Shown here piece by piece: positions 21,501 through 30,748 of a stretch of DNA of 64,000 nucleotides; the first letter of the stretch is position 1; every line of letters begins with the position of its first letter. The stretch is from a virus (lineage: Duplodnaviria; Caudoviricetes): the IMG/VR virus record IMGVR_UViG_3300023179_000070, positions 1 to 64,000 of that record. One strand, given 5' to 3'. The notes beneath the pieces are model-generated. The model did not search any database and had not been told where the DNA came from. It was given only the letters and a program-made list of their open reading frames with translations. Made by a program: the position numbers and the translations under genes.

Positions 21501-21767
21501 AGCTACTCCATTAAATCCAATAATTGGATTTCCAGTTAAAACTGCAATTGGTGTAAAAACTGTATAATAACCACTAGGTCCATAATTGTATTTTATGGTT
21601 GTTCCTCCGAATGGAAGAGTGCTTCCACTAAAAGATAAACAAACAGCTCCACCAGCTAAATCCATAGCTGTACTTTCTGGAAAATTATATCCACAAGCAC
21701 CCATTCCCATATTTCCTGGAAAAAGGAGATATTCTAAACCATCAGCGTATTTATTTGCATTACCCAT
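18573..21767 (-). CDS. tail tip / central fibre protein, lambda gpJ-like
   Basis: DLISEGPIEG, WTDNPAWCFYDLLTNNRFGLG, AFGCTSKNQARRAGRW motifs. Confidence 0.9.
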   Translation of the reverse strand: MGNANKYADGLEYLLFPGNMGMGACGYNFPESTAMDLAGGAVCLSFSGSTLPFGGTTIKYNYGPSGYYTVFTPIAVLTGNPIIGFNGVAITGAQKNDLVLNSPDLKTIFRSSTTLATENAVPQSFRDSRAYNSITQVNILDLISEGPIEGFVSGTYIPNISGKNTGDIGYTSVTFQPYGQTISNPETRSIFYDDVPITDFRGYYNFQFVDYKYNYGEKTNDHTIYNPYLNLYEDRRDYFGKKVDINKYPLETSVTESIGETLYGAYLVSGGSAYATQILTPKRYYVYNTNVSALKVNIKVNSLYQQILTGSNAGDVERQNLSFRFATWRVLKDGQVVQLDTSKYSPYISNYYSYDEVGARGKISNPLIFTYEITLRPFAENSPWFELFPNQIGWAIDVIKSVYEGVSSSLSNSTEVHSITQVYSDRFVYPDTAMVFSKFDARYFSDIPKRSYKVRLLKVKIPTNYDPISKTYSGAWNGQFKVAWTDNPAWCFYDLLTNNRFGLGKYIDSNLTDKWSLYEIGQYCDQLVADGMGGLEPRFRCNLYIANKEEAYKVLNDMASLFNAIVYYSAGQITVSQDSLKDPIYIFNNSNVINGSFNYSDASKKARKTVAYVRYNDENNSYKPAIEYVENKDAILKYGIRETEITAFGCTSKNQARRAGRWILATENTETELVDFQVGIDGNYIKPGDIISIYDQYRKNQVYAGRTLELTSGSVVLDTPYNPYNLYALTGVNSSFKFNVLVPTYNLNLGTSLGDLYATGFDITSSGVTGLNSSFIRKSQIQSINFDSNLISLVSSGTGIYSNNIKLTFPSQLNAPYGLIQNTVWSIDISTTGYGGISGGLDIRSPINNTSREAYPGYYLESYLNKPKKYRVLNITEKDPTIFNVNALEYNDQKYADIDNAALLVNVPVRPNAPVTPDLFLSGIFRSPTSNSYCADANCTTIYTSNQGGVNSIMYNIRPIGNYQSNTLYYVYIKSGTNFDISNNTEQYLYNVISSNLLNTGVSIGYFTTGTIPPFLTPYYTGNYYFRVFAENSIGERSVAATGLYSLTTQATLDRVIASGYNIY

Positions 21768-21768
21768 A

Positions 21769-22548
21769 TTAGAAAGGAAGAGTTTTTAAAGAATCTTGAG
21801 AAGCTAAATAACATTTACTATTGAATAAATATTGATTACTTCCAGTAAAACTTATTTCTAAAGTAGAACTATCATAATTTGCCATATATGCTCTATATAA
21901 AATATCATAACTGCTAAATACATTATTTCCGCCAATAATTAATTCCCCATATCCAACTGGAACTGCTCCACCTTCTCCAACTGTATTTACTGGTCCATTA
22001 AAAAGATAAGATGTTGGTCCACCAGACTCTCCTTCTCCAGCGATAGGATTAACTTGTTGAGCTGTAAAAGGTACACTTGGTGGAGGTTTAGAAAGCAATT
22101 GACTAGTTCCTGCTGCAATTAATCCTAGTCCTGCAAAACCAATTGCAACTGCAGGTAATACAAAAGGCGTAAATACAGCTAAAGCTACTGCGCCAACTAA
22201 AGCAAATGCACCAAGAACAATTTTAGCGATTCCGCCTCCAAAAAATCCACCCGACCCTATAATTGATGGTACAATATCTATTGTTTGTACTTTGCCTTTT
22301 ATATTTAAACAAAATTCAGAATTTTTAATTTCTTCAAGATTTTTAAATTCTTTATTTTCAGTAAATAAATTAGTTTTATCAATTAAGATTTCATATTCAT
22401 ATTCATCTTTATAGTCAATTAACCATTTTCTTAATTTTTTAGTATTAACATCTATAGCTCTAAGAGCTTCAGAGACAGTAGATACATCTAAATCCCAAGA
22501 TTCGCCAATATCTTGCCCTAATTTACCATGTAAATTTACTCTTATCAT
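21769..22548 (-). CDS. tail assembly protein, lambda gpI-like
   Basis: VNLHGKLG N-terminus; SYLFNGPVNTVGEGGAVPVGYG. Confidence 0.88.
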   Translation of the reverse strand: MIRVNLHGKLGQDIGESWDLDVSTVSEALRAIDVNTKKLRKWLIDYKDEYEYEILIDKTNLFTENKEFKNLEEIKNSEFCLNIKGKVQTIDIVPSIIGSGGFFGGGIAKIVLGAFALVGAVALAVFTPFVLPAVAIGFAGLGLIAAGTSQLLSKPPPSVPFTAQQVNPIAGEGESGGPTSYLFNGPVNTVGEGGAVPVGYGELIIGGNNVFSSYDILYRAYMANYDSSTLEISFTGSNQYLFNSKCYLASQDSLKTLPF

Positions 22549-22549
22549 A

Positions 22550-23269
22550 TTATGCCTTTCTATAAACTAGCTCCGTATGCCTCTTATAGAAATTACAATA
22601 ATTTTCTATTTTTGAGAAACTAAGGGTAGGTTGATGTAGTATTCTATCATTTCCCATATAAAGTGCAAAATGTTTTCCTGCATTAGTTTGTAAAATTAAA
22701 ACATCATTTTTTTCTAAAGATTTTTTATTTTCTATTAATTTAAATCCTTTTTTTTCTAAAAAATTTAAAGATAAATTTTTATTAAAAACATTTTGAGCAT
22801 CAATAAAATCTGTATAATGAGTAATTATCGCTGAAATATCTATATTTAATTCATTTTTCAAAAAATCTTTAATTAATGTATAACAATCATATTTTCCTAT
22901 TTGAAAATATCTTCCAATATAAGATTTATTAATATTTATTGGTTCATAAATTTTAAATATCTTTTTATTTATATTATACATTATAATGGGTAAACAAAGA
23001 TTTTCAGAACAAATAATATCTTGTTCACTGAAATTTTCATTATCATTAATATGACTATGATAAATATAAAGAATTTTATCAGAATAATTCTTTATTTTTA
23101 GATAATCTATAGATGATATCATAAAATTTTCTTTTTTATTCGTAGCAATATTTTTGCATGGTATAGATATAAAATTATTATTTTTTAAAACTATAAATCC
23201 ACAAATTTCTTGTGATGAATTTTTTAAAGATTCTTTTATAATAAAATTTTTATTTTTTTTATCTATCAT
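22550..23269 (-). CDS. tail assembly protein, lambda gpK-like (JAB + NlpC/P60); probable start 23269
   Basis: EICG..YHSH..FSEQD JAB motif; DCYTL..HFALY..ILH NlpC/P60 motif. Confidence 0.85.
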   Translation of the reverse strand: MIDKKNKNFIIKESLKNSSQEICGFIVLKNNNFISIPCKNIATNKKENFMISSIDYLKIKNYSDKILYIYHSHINDNENFSEQDIICSENLCLPIIMYNINKKIFKIYEPININKSYIGRYFQIGKYDCYTLIKDFLKNELNIDISAIITHYTDFIDAQNVFNKNLSLNFLEKKGFKLIENKKSLEKNDVLILQTNAGKHFALYMGNDRILHQPTLSFSKIENYCNFYKRHTELVYRKA

Positions 23270-23270
23270 A

Positions 23271-24635
23271 TTAGACTTGTGGTTGATTTGTTCCAGGAAA
23301 TCCACCAAATGGTAAAAATCCATTTAAATAATTTCCTTGATAATCTTTTGGTATACCATGCGCGCGTTCTGATGTAGGGTCTTCTGCTCCAGGTCTTCTT
23401 GGGAAAAGAAATCCTGTATTAAAAGGATCATATTTAAATAAAGAATACTCACCAGAAGAATATAATCTAATAAGTCTAAGAACAAATTGATTATAATCTT
23501 CTCCATTTCTATTTGTTGGCCAAATTACTGGTCTAAATGCTGGATTTTTTAACCATCTTGATCTACAAGAAGAAATACTTTTGGCGCATGAATCTCCTAC
23601 CCAATAATTAATGTTTGGAGGAGCATTAAATACATTTGATGTATGATTATTAATACATACATAATAAAATTTTAATCCATTATTTTCTAAATAAATGAAA
23701 TCTCCAGAAACATAATTTCCACTTTGTTGCCATAAACCAGAATTACCTAAACCACCACTTATACGAAATATTGCGCCCGTGCTAGTTCCAGTTGTTGCAA
23801 AAACTCCACCAATAAATAATTGATCATTAGCTGTTGCAACTGGAGGAGCAGTTTGTAAACCTCTAATTGTTACTGGATTAGTAGTATTAGCATAAATTCC
23901 ACTATGTAAATATGTTAATCTACTATTATACTCATAAAGACATCCTTCCCCTCTATATTGAAATGGACATCTATTTGATAAAATTGTACGAGCTGGTAAA
24001 ACTGCATTTTCAACATCTAAAACAGATGCCAATTGATATTCTATAATATCTCTATTTTCTATTGTTTTTCTATCAATGTAATAAATATCTTTAGGTAGTT
24101 CTATTTCATAAATTCCAGTATTTGGATTATATGGATTAATATTTCCAGAAAAATTTGACCCATCTAAATATTTTAAAAAAGTTTTAATTCTAGTAAATTT
24201 TGCTCCAATAATATCTCCCAAAGATTGAATTTCCATCCTAATATATTTATAAAATGAGTTATAAGAATTATCTGCGGATAAATTAGATATTGATATTTTT
24301 GGAGTAGGTAGTGTTCCAGCAGAAGAATATTCAAATCCTTCTGAAAAAATTGGAAATGGATAATAATAATTACCTTGCCATTTTATAGTACCATAAGGAT
24401 TTGAACTAATATTAAACAAATTATAATCATTATATACTCTGAAAATACTATTACTTATTGGTTGACTATTAGTTGTTGATTGATTTTGGTTATAATTAAT
24501 TATTGATGGGGCAATTTTAGAAAGATCTATTTCATAAAATTGAATTTGCGTAGATGGAGTTAATGAAGCTATTTCTTTATTTAAAGAAGAACTTCCGCTT
24601 ACAACAAGATTATAAATTTCTGAAGAAGTTGGCAT
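23271..24635 (-). CDS. minor tail protein, lambda gpL-like
   Basis: GFE..GTLPTP, CPFQYRGEGC, DSCAKSISSC, PFGGFPG. Confidence 0.88.
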   Translation of the reverse strand: MPTSSEIYNLVVSGSSSLNKEIASLTPSTQIQFYEIDLSKIAPSIINYNQNQSTTNSQPISNSIFRVYNDYNLFNISSNPYGTIKWQGNYYYPFPIFSEGFEYSSAGTLPTPKISISNLSADNSYNSFYKYIRMEIQSLGDIIGAKFTRIKTFLKYLDGSNFSGNINPYNPNTGIYEIELPKDIYYIDRKTIENRDIIEYQLASVLDVENAVLPARTILSNRCPFQYRGEGCLYEYNSRLTYLHSGIYANTTNPVTIRGLQTAPPVATANDQLFIGGVFATTGTSTGAIFRISGGLGNSGLWQQSGNYVSGDFIYLENNGLKFYYVCINNHTSNVFNAPPNINYWVGDSCAKSISSCRSRWLKNPAFRPVIWPTNRNGEDYNQFVLRLIRLYSSGEYSLFKYDPFNTGFLFPRRPGAEDPTSERAHGIPKDYQGNYLNGFLPFGGFPGTNQPQV

Positions 24636-24644
24636 AATTAAAAA

Positions 24645-25193
24645 TTAAATAGGTACTTCTATAAATTTTGCTTCAATTGTATAATTATTATAAGAAATAT
24701 ATGAAGGAGACCATTCTGGACAAATAAATCTTGTGGTTAAATTTGATGAAGATTTTGAAAAAATAGTTGGAATATTATATATGAAACTTTCTTGTCCGTT
24801 TCTTTGTTTTAAAAAATGAAGAATTGAAACTGTTTCTAATTCTGATCGGTTTTCAAATGCTAAATTAAATTCAATTAAGTTATTATTTAAACCATCAACA
24901 ATTCTTTGTTCATATCCATTTCCAAATTTATTAATCTTAATTCTTGGATTAACATTAATTTTAGCATTATATGAGGGTTTCCACCAAAAATTAGGTATTA
25001 AATTTCCATTTAAAATAATATATCCATCCCAATCAACTTGAAGATTAGTAGGAGTTACTGGATTATTCCCTGCTCCTACATTAGAATCAATTATTGAATA
25101 ATAATATTTACTATCACTACCAAGTACTATACTGTACTTATTATAAGTAGTAGACTGGTTCCAAGTCGGAACTGTATCATATATACTAGCCAT
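24645..25193 (-). CDS. distal tail protein, lambda gpM-like, with N-terminal extension
   Basis: FGNGYEQRIVDGLN motif; C-terminal AKFIEV. Confidence 0.85.
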   Translation of the reverse strand: MASIYDTVPTWNQSTTYNKYSIVLGSDSKYYYSIIDSNVGAGNNPVTPTNLQVDWDGYIILNGNLIPNFWWKPSYNAKINVNPRIKINKFGNGYEQRIVDGLNNNLIEFNLAFENRSELETVSILHFLKQRNGQESFIYNIPTIFSKSSSNLTTRFICPEWSPSYISYNNYTIEAKFIEVPI

Positions 25194-25214
25194 ATACCTT
25201 TTACCTCTTATATT

Positions 25215-25236
25215 TTACACTTAAAAGTAGTGTAAT
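25215..25236. promoter_or_regulatory. back-to-back GTGTAA motif pair
   Basis: TTACAC at 25215-25220 (minus) and GTGTAAT at 25230-25236 (plus) between divergent genes. Confidence 0.65.
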
Positions 25237-25244
25237 TATAATTA

Positions 25245-26054
25245 ATGTTTAATGTATATTCTATAGAAAATCAGAACTTTTATCTAAATGATTCTTTAAT
25301 ATCTGGAATCCAAAGTTTAGGAATTAGTTATGATAATAATATAAATCCTTCTATAGCCATCGATAATTCTAATTTGAATTATTTTGTAGGTAAACCAGTT
25401 ACAGCGAATCTTGATTTAGCCTATATATTAAGTTCTAATGATAAATTTATAAGTTATACTGGCTCTAATTCATTTAGTGGTAAAGTTGAGTATGGTAACA
25501 ATTATTTTACATTTTCAAGTGGATATTTAACAAATTACTCTTTAAATTATAAATTTGGTGAATATCCCGAAGTTAATACAAAAAGTTTTATTTTAGGTGA
25601 ACTTGGAAATACTTCTGGTACTTTTTCTTATACTCCAAAAGTTTTAAATAATTTTGATATTGGTGATAATTGTTATGTAGATTTAAATTTAGCGGAAGCA
25701 GATCAAAATAATAGATTAGAATCATTTGGAATAAATATAGATATTCCAAGAGCAACAGTTTATACTATTGGAAATTATTTACCAACAAATGTAATCGTAA
25801 AATATCCAATTTCTATATCTTTAAATTTTCAATTTTCTATGAGTAATTATACTCAAGAAAAAGTAACGAATATTTTTACTGGTATTGCCTCTAGAAATTT
25901 AACTTTAAATTTCAAAAAATATGGCACAAATCAAAACTTGTTATCTTTAAATTTATCAAATCTAATAAATAGTGAAACTCAATTAAGATATAGTACATCT
26001 GATGATGCTAAATTAAATCTCAATTTTCAAACATATATCTTAAGCGGAATATAA
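25245..26054 (+). CDS. tail-tube-like paralogue
   Basis: LESFGINIDIPRATVYTIG..YPISISLNF resembles IQSYSLTFDLARTPIQKLG..FPLSVNLSV of 7306..8457. Confidence 0.5.
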   Translation: MFNVYSIENQNFYLNDSLISGIQSLGISYDNNINPSIAIDNSNLNYFVGKPVTANLDLAYILSSNDKFISYTGSNSFSGKVEYGNNYFTFSSGYLTNYSLNYKFGEYPEVNTKSFILGELGNTSGTFSYTPKVLNNFDIGDNCYVDLNLAEADQNNRLESFGINIDIPRATVYTIGNYLPTNVIVKYPISISLNFQFSMSNYTQEKVTNIFTGIASRNLTLNFKKYGTNQNLLSLNLSNLINSETQLRYSTSDDAKLNLNFQTYILSGI

Positions 26055-26096
26055 AATTAATAGAAATATTATTTATATTATATATAATATTAATAT

Positions 26097-26558
26097 ATGA
26101 CATTTCAAAAATTATTAGATTCTCAGGCATTTTTTAATATTTTTATTAAAAATGATATTTTTTTTAATTCTTTAAAACAAAAATTTCCAGAAATTTTAGC
26201 AGATCTTACTAGTTCTAGAAATAATCCAAATTGTTCATGTAAAAATCGAGTAAAAGCTTATTTGGAATCAAAAATTACTAATGAAGTAAATTATTTTAAC
26301 GATTTAATAAATATTGAAGAAATTAAAAAATTAATATCAGAAAAAAACGAAGAAATTATAAATTCTATTCCATCAAAACTAAGTCATCTTGATCAAATAT
26401 ATAATTTGCATAAAAATAGTGGTGGAAAAATATTTCAAATTGGCAAAACCGAACAAGATTGGGCAAATCTTGCTAAAAAAATAACAGATGAAAGAATCAA
26501 TTTTAAATCTTTTTCTATTATTGAAAAAGAAGATAAATTAGTGGTTTATTTTATTTAA
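26097..26558 (+). CDS. hypothetical protein (NPNCSC motif)
   Basis: 153-aa ORF. Confidence 0.65.
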   Translation: MTFQKLLDSQAFFNIFIKNDIFFNSLKQKFPEILADLTSSRNNPNCSCKNRVKAYLESKITNEVNYFNDLINIEEIKKLISEKNEEIINSIPSKLSHLDQIYNLHKNSGGKIFQIGKTEQDWANLAKKITDERINFKSFSIIEKEDKLVVYFI

Positions 26559-26855
26559 ATGTTTTATCAATTTTTATTGTATTTATTTCTTTGTTTAGCA
26601 GTAACTTATGCTTGGAGTGATACGCAAATCGCTATACCATTTCGTAATTTTATAGCAAAAATACCTTATATTCATAAACCATTACTTTGTCATGAGTGCT
26701 CTAGCTTTTGGATATCTTTAGCTATTAGTTTTTTTATTAATCCATTTGTTGAATTAACTTATCCTTATTTTAGCAATATATTTAGTGCTTTTTGTGGATT
26801 TTTTATTAATCTTTACTTTGTTAGGAATCAACTTGTCAGGTATAAAGATTATTAA
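26559..26855 (+). CDS. small membrane protein with CxxC (DUF1360-like)
   Basis: Hydrophobic segments and LLCHECSSFW. Confidence 0.55.
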   Translation: MFYQFLLYLFLCLAVTYAWSDTQIAIPFRNFIAKIPYIHKPLLCHECSSFWISLAISFFINPFVELTYPYFSNIFSAFCGFFINLYFVRNQLVRYKDY

Positions 26856-27658
26856 TCTTTCACTTTCTTAAGTCTATCAATTAGTTCGAATATTTTAACT
26901 TTTGATATATCTGAAATAGAGTTAATATTCTCTGCATTTTCAAATTTTTCTTTGATAAGCCTTTTTTTAAGACTTTCAAAATTAACACCTTTATCTTTCA
27001 TAACTTTTTCAAGTAATGCTTGAGGGGATGTAGGATTTTCATTAATAGATGAAGAATCATCGATAAGCTTTGCATCCCCTAATTCTTCTTGAGAAACAAT
27101 ATTAATTTTTAAGAAATTACGTACACAACGAACAAATGCTCTATTCTCCGCAATTGCAGCCAAAAAGAATCTAGCAAAACTCTTTGTATTATTTATAGTA
27201 GCGTCAGCAAGAGATTCAAAAACTACTTCTCTTCCTCCAGTTTCATAATTTGGTAGCCAAGTAATCCTACAACTCGTTGCAAAATAGCTTTCAGATGCTG
27301 CTACTACTTTGTATTCTACGCTAGTATAGCCTCTAATTTGAGCTAATTCTTTGATTCCACCTAAAAGTATTAAAAGATCTTTATCTTGGAGCTTTGAAAC
27401 ATCTGTTTCTTGAGTTTTTTGACGATTAGGAACAAGATGTTCTACTTTGACCATCTTGCGCCAATTAATTGTTCCATCATCATTAAATATATAATTAAGA
27501 TTGGTATCTTCAACCAGACCATATTGATTTCTAGTAATCAAGTTTGGAGGTATAACTTTATTTGTAATTTGCTCTTGCTGAATAGCAGTTACTCCTTCGA
27601 ATAACTCTGAACTACCAATTGAAATAGTATTTTCTTCTGATTTAATTTTAGGGCTCAT
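26852..27658 (-). CDS. hypothetical protein, possibly ssDNA-annealing (Rad52/RecT-like)
   Basis: AIAENRAFVRCVR motif resembles annealing proteins; weak. Confidence 0.35.
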   Translation of the reverse strand: MSPKIKSEENTISIGSSELFEGVTAIQQEQITNKVIPPNLITRNQYGLVEDTNLNYIFNDDGTINWRKMVKVEHLVPNRQKTQETDVSKLQDKDLLILLGGIKELAQIRGYTSVEYKVVAASESYFATSCRITWLPNYETGGREVVFESLADATINNTKSFARFFLAAIAENRAFVRCVRNFLKINIVSQEELGDAKLIDDSSSINENPTSPQALLEKVMKDKGVNFESLKKRLIKEKFENAENINSISDISKVKIFELIDRLKKVKD

Positions 27659-27664
27659 TTAGTA

Positions 27665-27693
27665 ATGATACTATACATTGTATATTAAGTCAA
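27665..27693 (-). promoter_or_regulatory. sigma70-type promoter, leaderless
   Basis: TTGACT-17-TATCAT-6-ATG (27658). Confidence 0.7.
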
Positions 27694-28827
27694 CTTAAAA
27701 ATATAGAAATTATCGGCTTCTTTCCAAAATTCTGGATCATCTACTACTTTATCTCCATTTTTATTAATCCAATCATATCTAGAGATAAATTTACCTTCTG
27801 CCCCATATAATGTTCTTGAAGATTTGTAATGAAGATTATTTATATTTTTAATATTAAAATCTTCTTTTGTTTTATGTTTTTTATTTATAATTAAATTATA
27901 GTCGAGATAATCTAATTTAAATTTATTTAAAACTTCTTCAGCCAAAAATGAAAGCAATATATAATTTATAGAATTTATTTTTAATAATTTTACAAAATTA
28001 GGACTATTTTCTTCTTCTATTATATAAATTATTTGATTTATATTGCTTTTGTATTTTTCAATTATTTCCTTTTTAATTGGTTTATTTGTAAATATAATAC
28101 ATTTTTTCTGCTGTAATAATTGTTCTAAAACTATTTCATTAAAGCAGTAATCCATTCTGACGATAGGATTTTCTACTAGAAAATTAGTTAAATTAATATT
28201 ATCTTCTGGAATTATTTCATAGCTTTGTAGATTATAATCAGAACCAAAATTAATTGTTTCTTTATTGTTATTAAATTTAATATTTAAAAGTTTTAATACT
28301 GAATAAGCTATTTCTTCTGGTTTTATATTATTGATACTTTTAGGATTTTCTTCTGCGGAATAAGATGGTTTTTTATCTCTATTAGAAGATATTAATATTT
28401 TATCTTGTTTTTTTGTCCAATATGGGCAAGCATTTTCAATATTGCTATTACTATAAAGTGCTACTATTTTTTTATCATAACCAGAAGCAATATGTACGCC
28501 AAAACTATCTGCACCTAAATGAAGAATTGAATTTTTTATTATATATGCTGCTTGATTTATAGTTGTTTGACCACCTAAAAACGCAGTATTTAAAAATTGT
28601 TTATCATTTTTTGTTCCAATTTGGACAATTTTAATATTATATTCTTCTAAATATGGAATTAATATTTCTAATACTTCTTGCCAATAATCATAATTTTTAG
28701 AATTATATTTACTAAAAGGTTGAAAACATATATATTTTTCTATTGGTAATGGAAAAAATTTTTCATAAATAAAAGGTTTTCCAATTTTAACCCCACAAGA
28801 TGTTGCGTATCTTTCAATTAAATGCAT
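27685..28827 (-). CDS. GT9-like glycosyltransferase
   Basis: IVQIG, HLGADSFGVHIAS motif. Confidence 0.65.
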   Translation of the reverse strand: MHLIERYATSCGVKIGKPFIYEKFFPLPIEKYICFQPFSKYNSKNYDYWQEVLEILIPYLEEYNIKIVQIGTKNDKQFLNTAFLGGQTTINQAAYIIKNSILHLGADSFGVHIASGYDKKIVALYSNSNIENACPYWTKKQDKILISSNRDKKPSYSAEENPKSINNIKPEEIAYSVLKLLNIKFNNNKETINFGSDYNLQSYEIIPEDNINLTNFLVENPIVRMDYCFNEIVLEQLLQQKKCIIFTNKPIKKEIIEKYKSNINQIIYIIEEENSPNFVKLLKINSINYILLSFLAEEVLNKFKLDYLDYNLIINKKHKTKEDFNIKNINNLHYKSSRTLYGAEGKFISRYDWINKNGDKVVDDPEFWKEADNFYIFKLT

Positions 28828-28828
28828 A

Positions 28829-30748
28829 TTAATCCTTTATATTGAATTGTATATTAGTTTTACCATTATGTAAATAATCTAAAAATCTTTGTGTACCTAC
28901 ATGTGGTAAAAATGCTATTTCAAAATAACCTTTATGATCTTGAGATCCTTCTAGCCAAATTAATTGATCCATTTGAGGTATATAATTTAAAAGCCTATGA
29001 ATATGAGGATTTCCATCTAATATTTCAAAATATTCCTGCTTTACAGCAACATAAAGATTATATTCTGGATATTGTTTTTTAATATTTTCGAATAAAGAAG
29101 TAGATAAAAATATATCTCCTATGCTTTCTGGCATTACATATAAAATTCTTTTACCTTTATCATTTTGATCTAATAAGTCTTCAAAATTAATTTTCTTTAA
29201 TTTTTGATTTTCTTGTACGGCTACATTTCTAAAATAATTTTCAATGTCTTGTCTTTTAGCACCCTTTGATAATTCGTTCATCCAATATTTACAACCATCA
29301 TCATTTTGATCAACCTCTTTCATTTTCAAAATATTATGATACATAAATAATAACCATTCAATATTATTTGGAATTTCTGGAATTTGGAAATATGGATCTT
29401 TTTCTTCTTTGCTTTCTGAAATTTTTGACCAATCTATAAATTCTTTGCTATCAATAAATGATTCTATTTGTTTGCATATATTTTCTACACCAAAGTTTTT
29501 AATTGTCCATTCTCTAGCCTTTGCTCCCATTTCTTTTCTTTTTTGAATTGGCATTTTATAAACAATATTTAAATTTTTTGCTATTGACTCTGGAGATGTT
29601 GAAGCTTTAATAAACTCTGTTCCATGTTCTCTATATTCTGACCACTCAAGAGATAATGAATGAGCTTCTTTTTCGCACATTTCTTCTCCACAGCTATAAT
29701 TTGTAACTAATGTAATAAGCTCTGTTAATTTTGCTTCTTGAATTGGTATTTCTTGTCCACCACTAGTAAATGGATGACAGTATATATCCATTAAATTATA
29801 AATTTCATTTAATTTTTCTTCTGATACTCCTAATCCAACGTTTGTAGTTATTTGAGTTTTTTGACTTTTACAAAATCTGCAATTTAAATCTTGACCACTA
29901 AAAGGTTTTACTTCATATTCTCCGCAATTTTTACATACATAAGTAGTTAATATTTCTTGTGGATTTACTCCAATTTCACCAGCTAATTTATGTATGTTCC
30001 AACCTTCTCCCCAATGAGTATGGAGAAGAAGGTATGTATTTTTAATCTCTGGATTTTGTTTTTTCCATAGCGCATATCCTTGAAGCAAATTAGGAACACT
30101 TTTTCTTAATTGATTTCTAAAAACAAAACCTATAACAAATGCATCTGGAGGTATATTATTTCTTTTTCTAAGTTGATTTCTATCAAAATCAGAAAGTCTA
30201 TAAAAATCTTTATTTTCTAATGCTCCATGAAGAGTTTTTACGTGAGGAAATCCAAGTTTATGCAAAGCTTTTGTAGCGAAATCACTCCAAATCCAATAAT
30301 TTTTTACTTTTCTTGCCGCTTGTATTGCCGATTCAAGAATTGGTAAAGAATCTAATGTTGTCCATATAACAGAATTGATTTTATTAAACCAAGGCTTTTC
30401 TATTGCAAAATCTACTCCCCAAATATCTTGGACTGCAATATAAACATCTGGTTTTTCTTCATTAATTACCTTGTCTAAAAGATGTGCTCCATAACTAGCC
30501 ATTCTAGCCAAGTGTGGATCTCTATTTAATTGATCTAATTCTTGTTGAGTATTTGGTAAAGAGCCTACTGTTTTCCAAGGAGTTTTACCAAAATCTGGAT
30601 GATTATAAGTCATCCCACATGCATAGTGTACAATATCGTATTTATTTTTTAAATATAAATTTTTTAATATAGCTCTTGCACTTCTTCCAAAGCCTGTTTT
30701 AGCTAAAGAAAAATCAGTTTGTATTAAAATTTTCTTTTTTCGTTCCAT
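28829..30748 (-). CDS. GT4-type glycosyltransferase with zinc-ribbon insertion and C-terminal GT9-like domain
   Basis: TGFG, RNQLRK, GGQEIPIQEA; CKNC..CRFC insertion; SIGDIFL..NPHI. Confidence 0.75.
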   Translation of the reverse strand: MERKKKILIQTDFSLAKTGFGRSARAILKNLYLKNKYDIVHYACGMTYNHPDFGKTPWKTVGSLPNTQQELDQLNRDPHLARMASYGAHLLDKVINEEKPDVYIAVQDIWGVDFAIEKPWFNKINSVIWTTLDSLPILESAIQAARKVKNYWIWSDFATKALHKLGFPHVKTLHGALENKDFYRLSDFDRNQLRKRNNIPPDAFVIGFVFRNQLRKSVPNLLQGYALWKKQNPEIKNTYLLLHTHWGEGWNIHKLAGEIGVNPQEILTTYVCKNCGEYEVKPFSGQDLNCRFCKSQKTQITTNVGLGVSEEKLNEIYNLMDIYCHPFTSGGQEIPIQEAKLTELITLVTNYSCGEEMCEKEAHSLSLEWSEYREHGTEFIKASTSPESIAKNLNIVYKMPIQKRKEMGAKAREWTIKNFGVENICKQIESFIDSKEFIDWSKISESKEEKDPYFQIPEIPNNIEWLLFMYHNILKMKEVDQNDDGCKYWMNELSKGAKRQDIENYFRNVAVQENQKLKKINFEDLLDQNDKGKRILYVMPESIGDIFLSTSLFENIKKQYPEYNLYVAVKQEYFEILDGNPHIHRLLNYIPQMDQLIWLEGSQDHKGYFEIAFLPHVGTQRFLDYLHNGKTNIQFNIKD

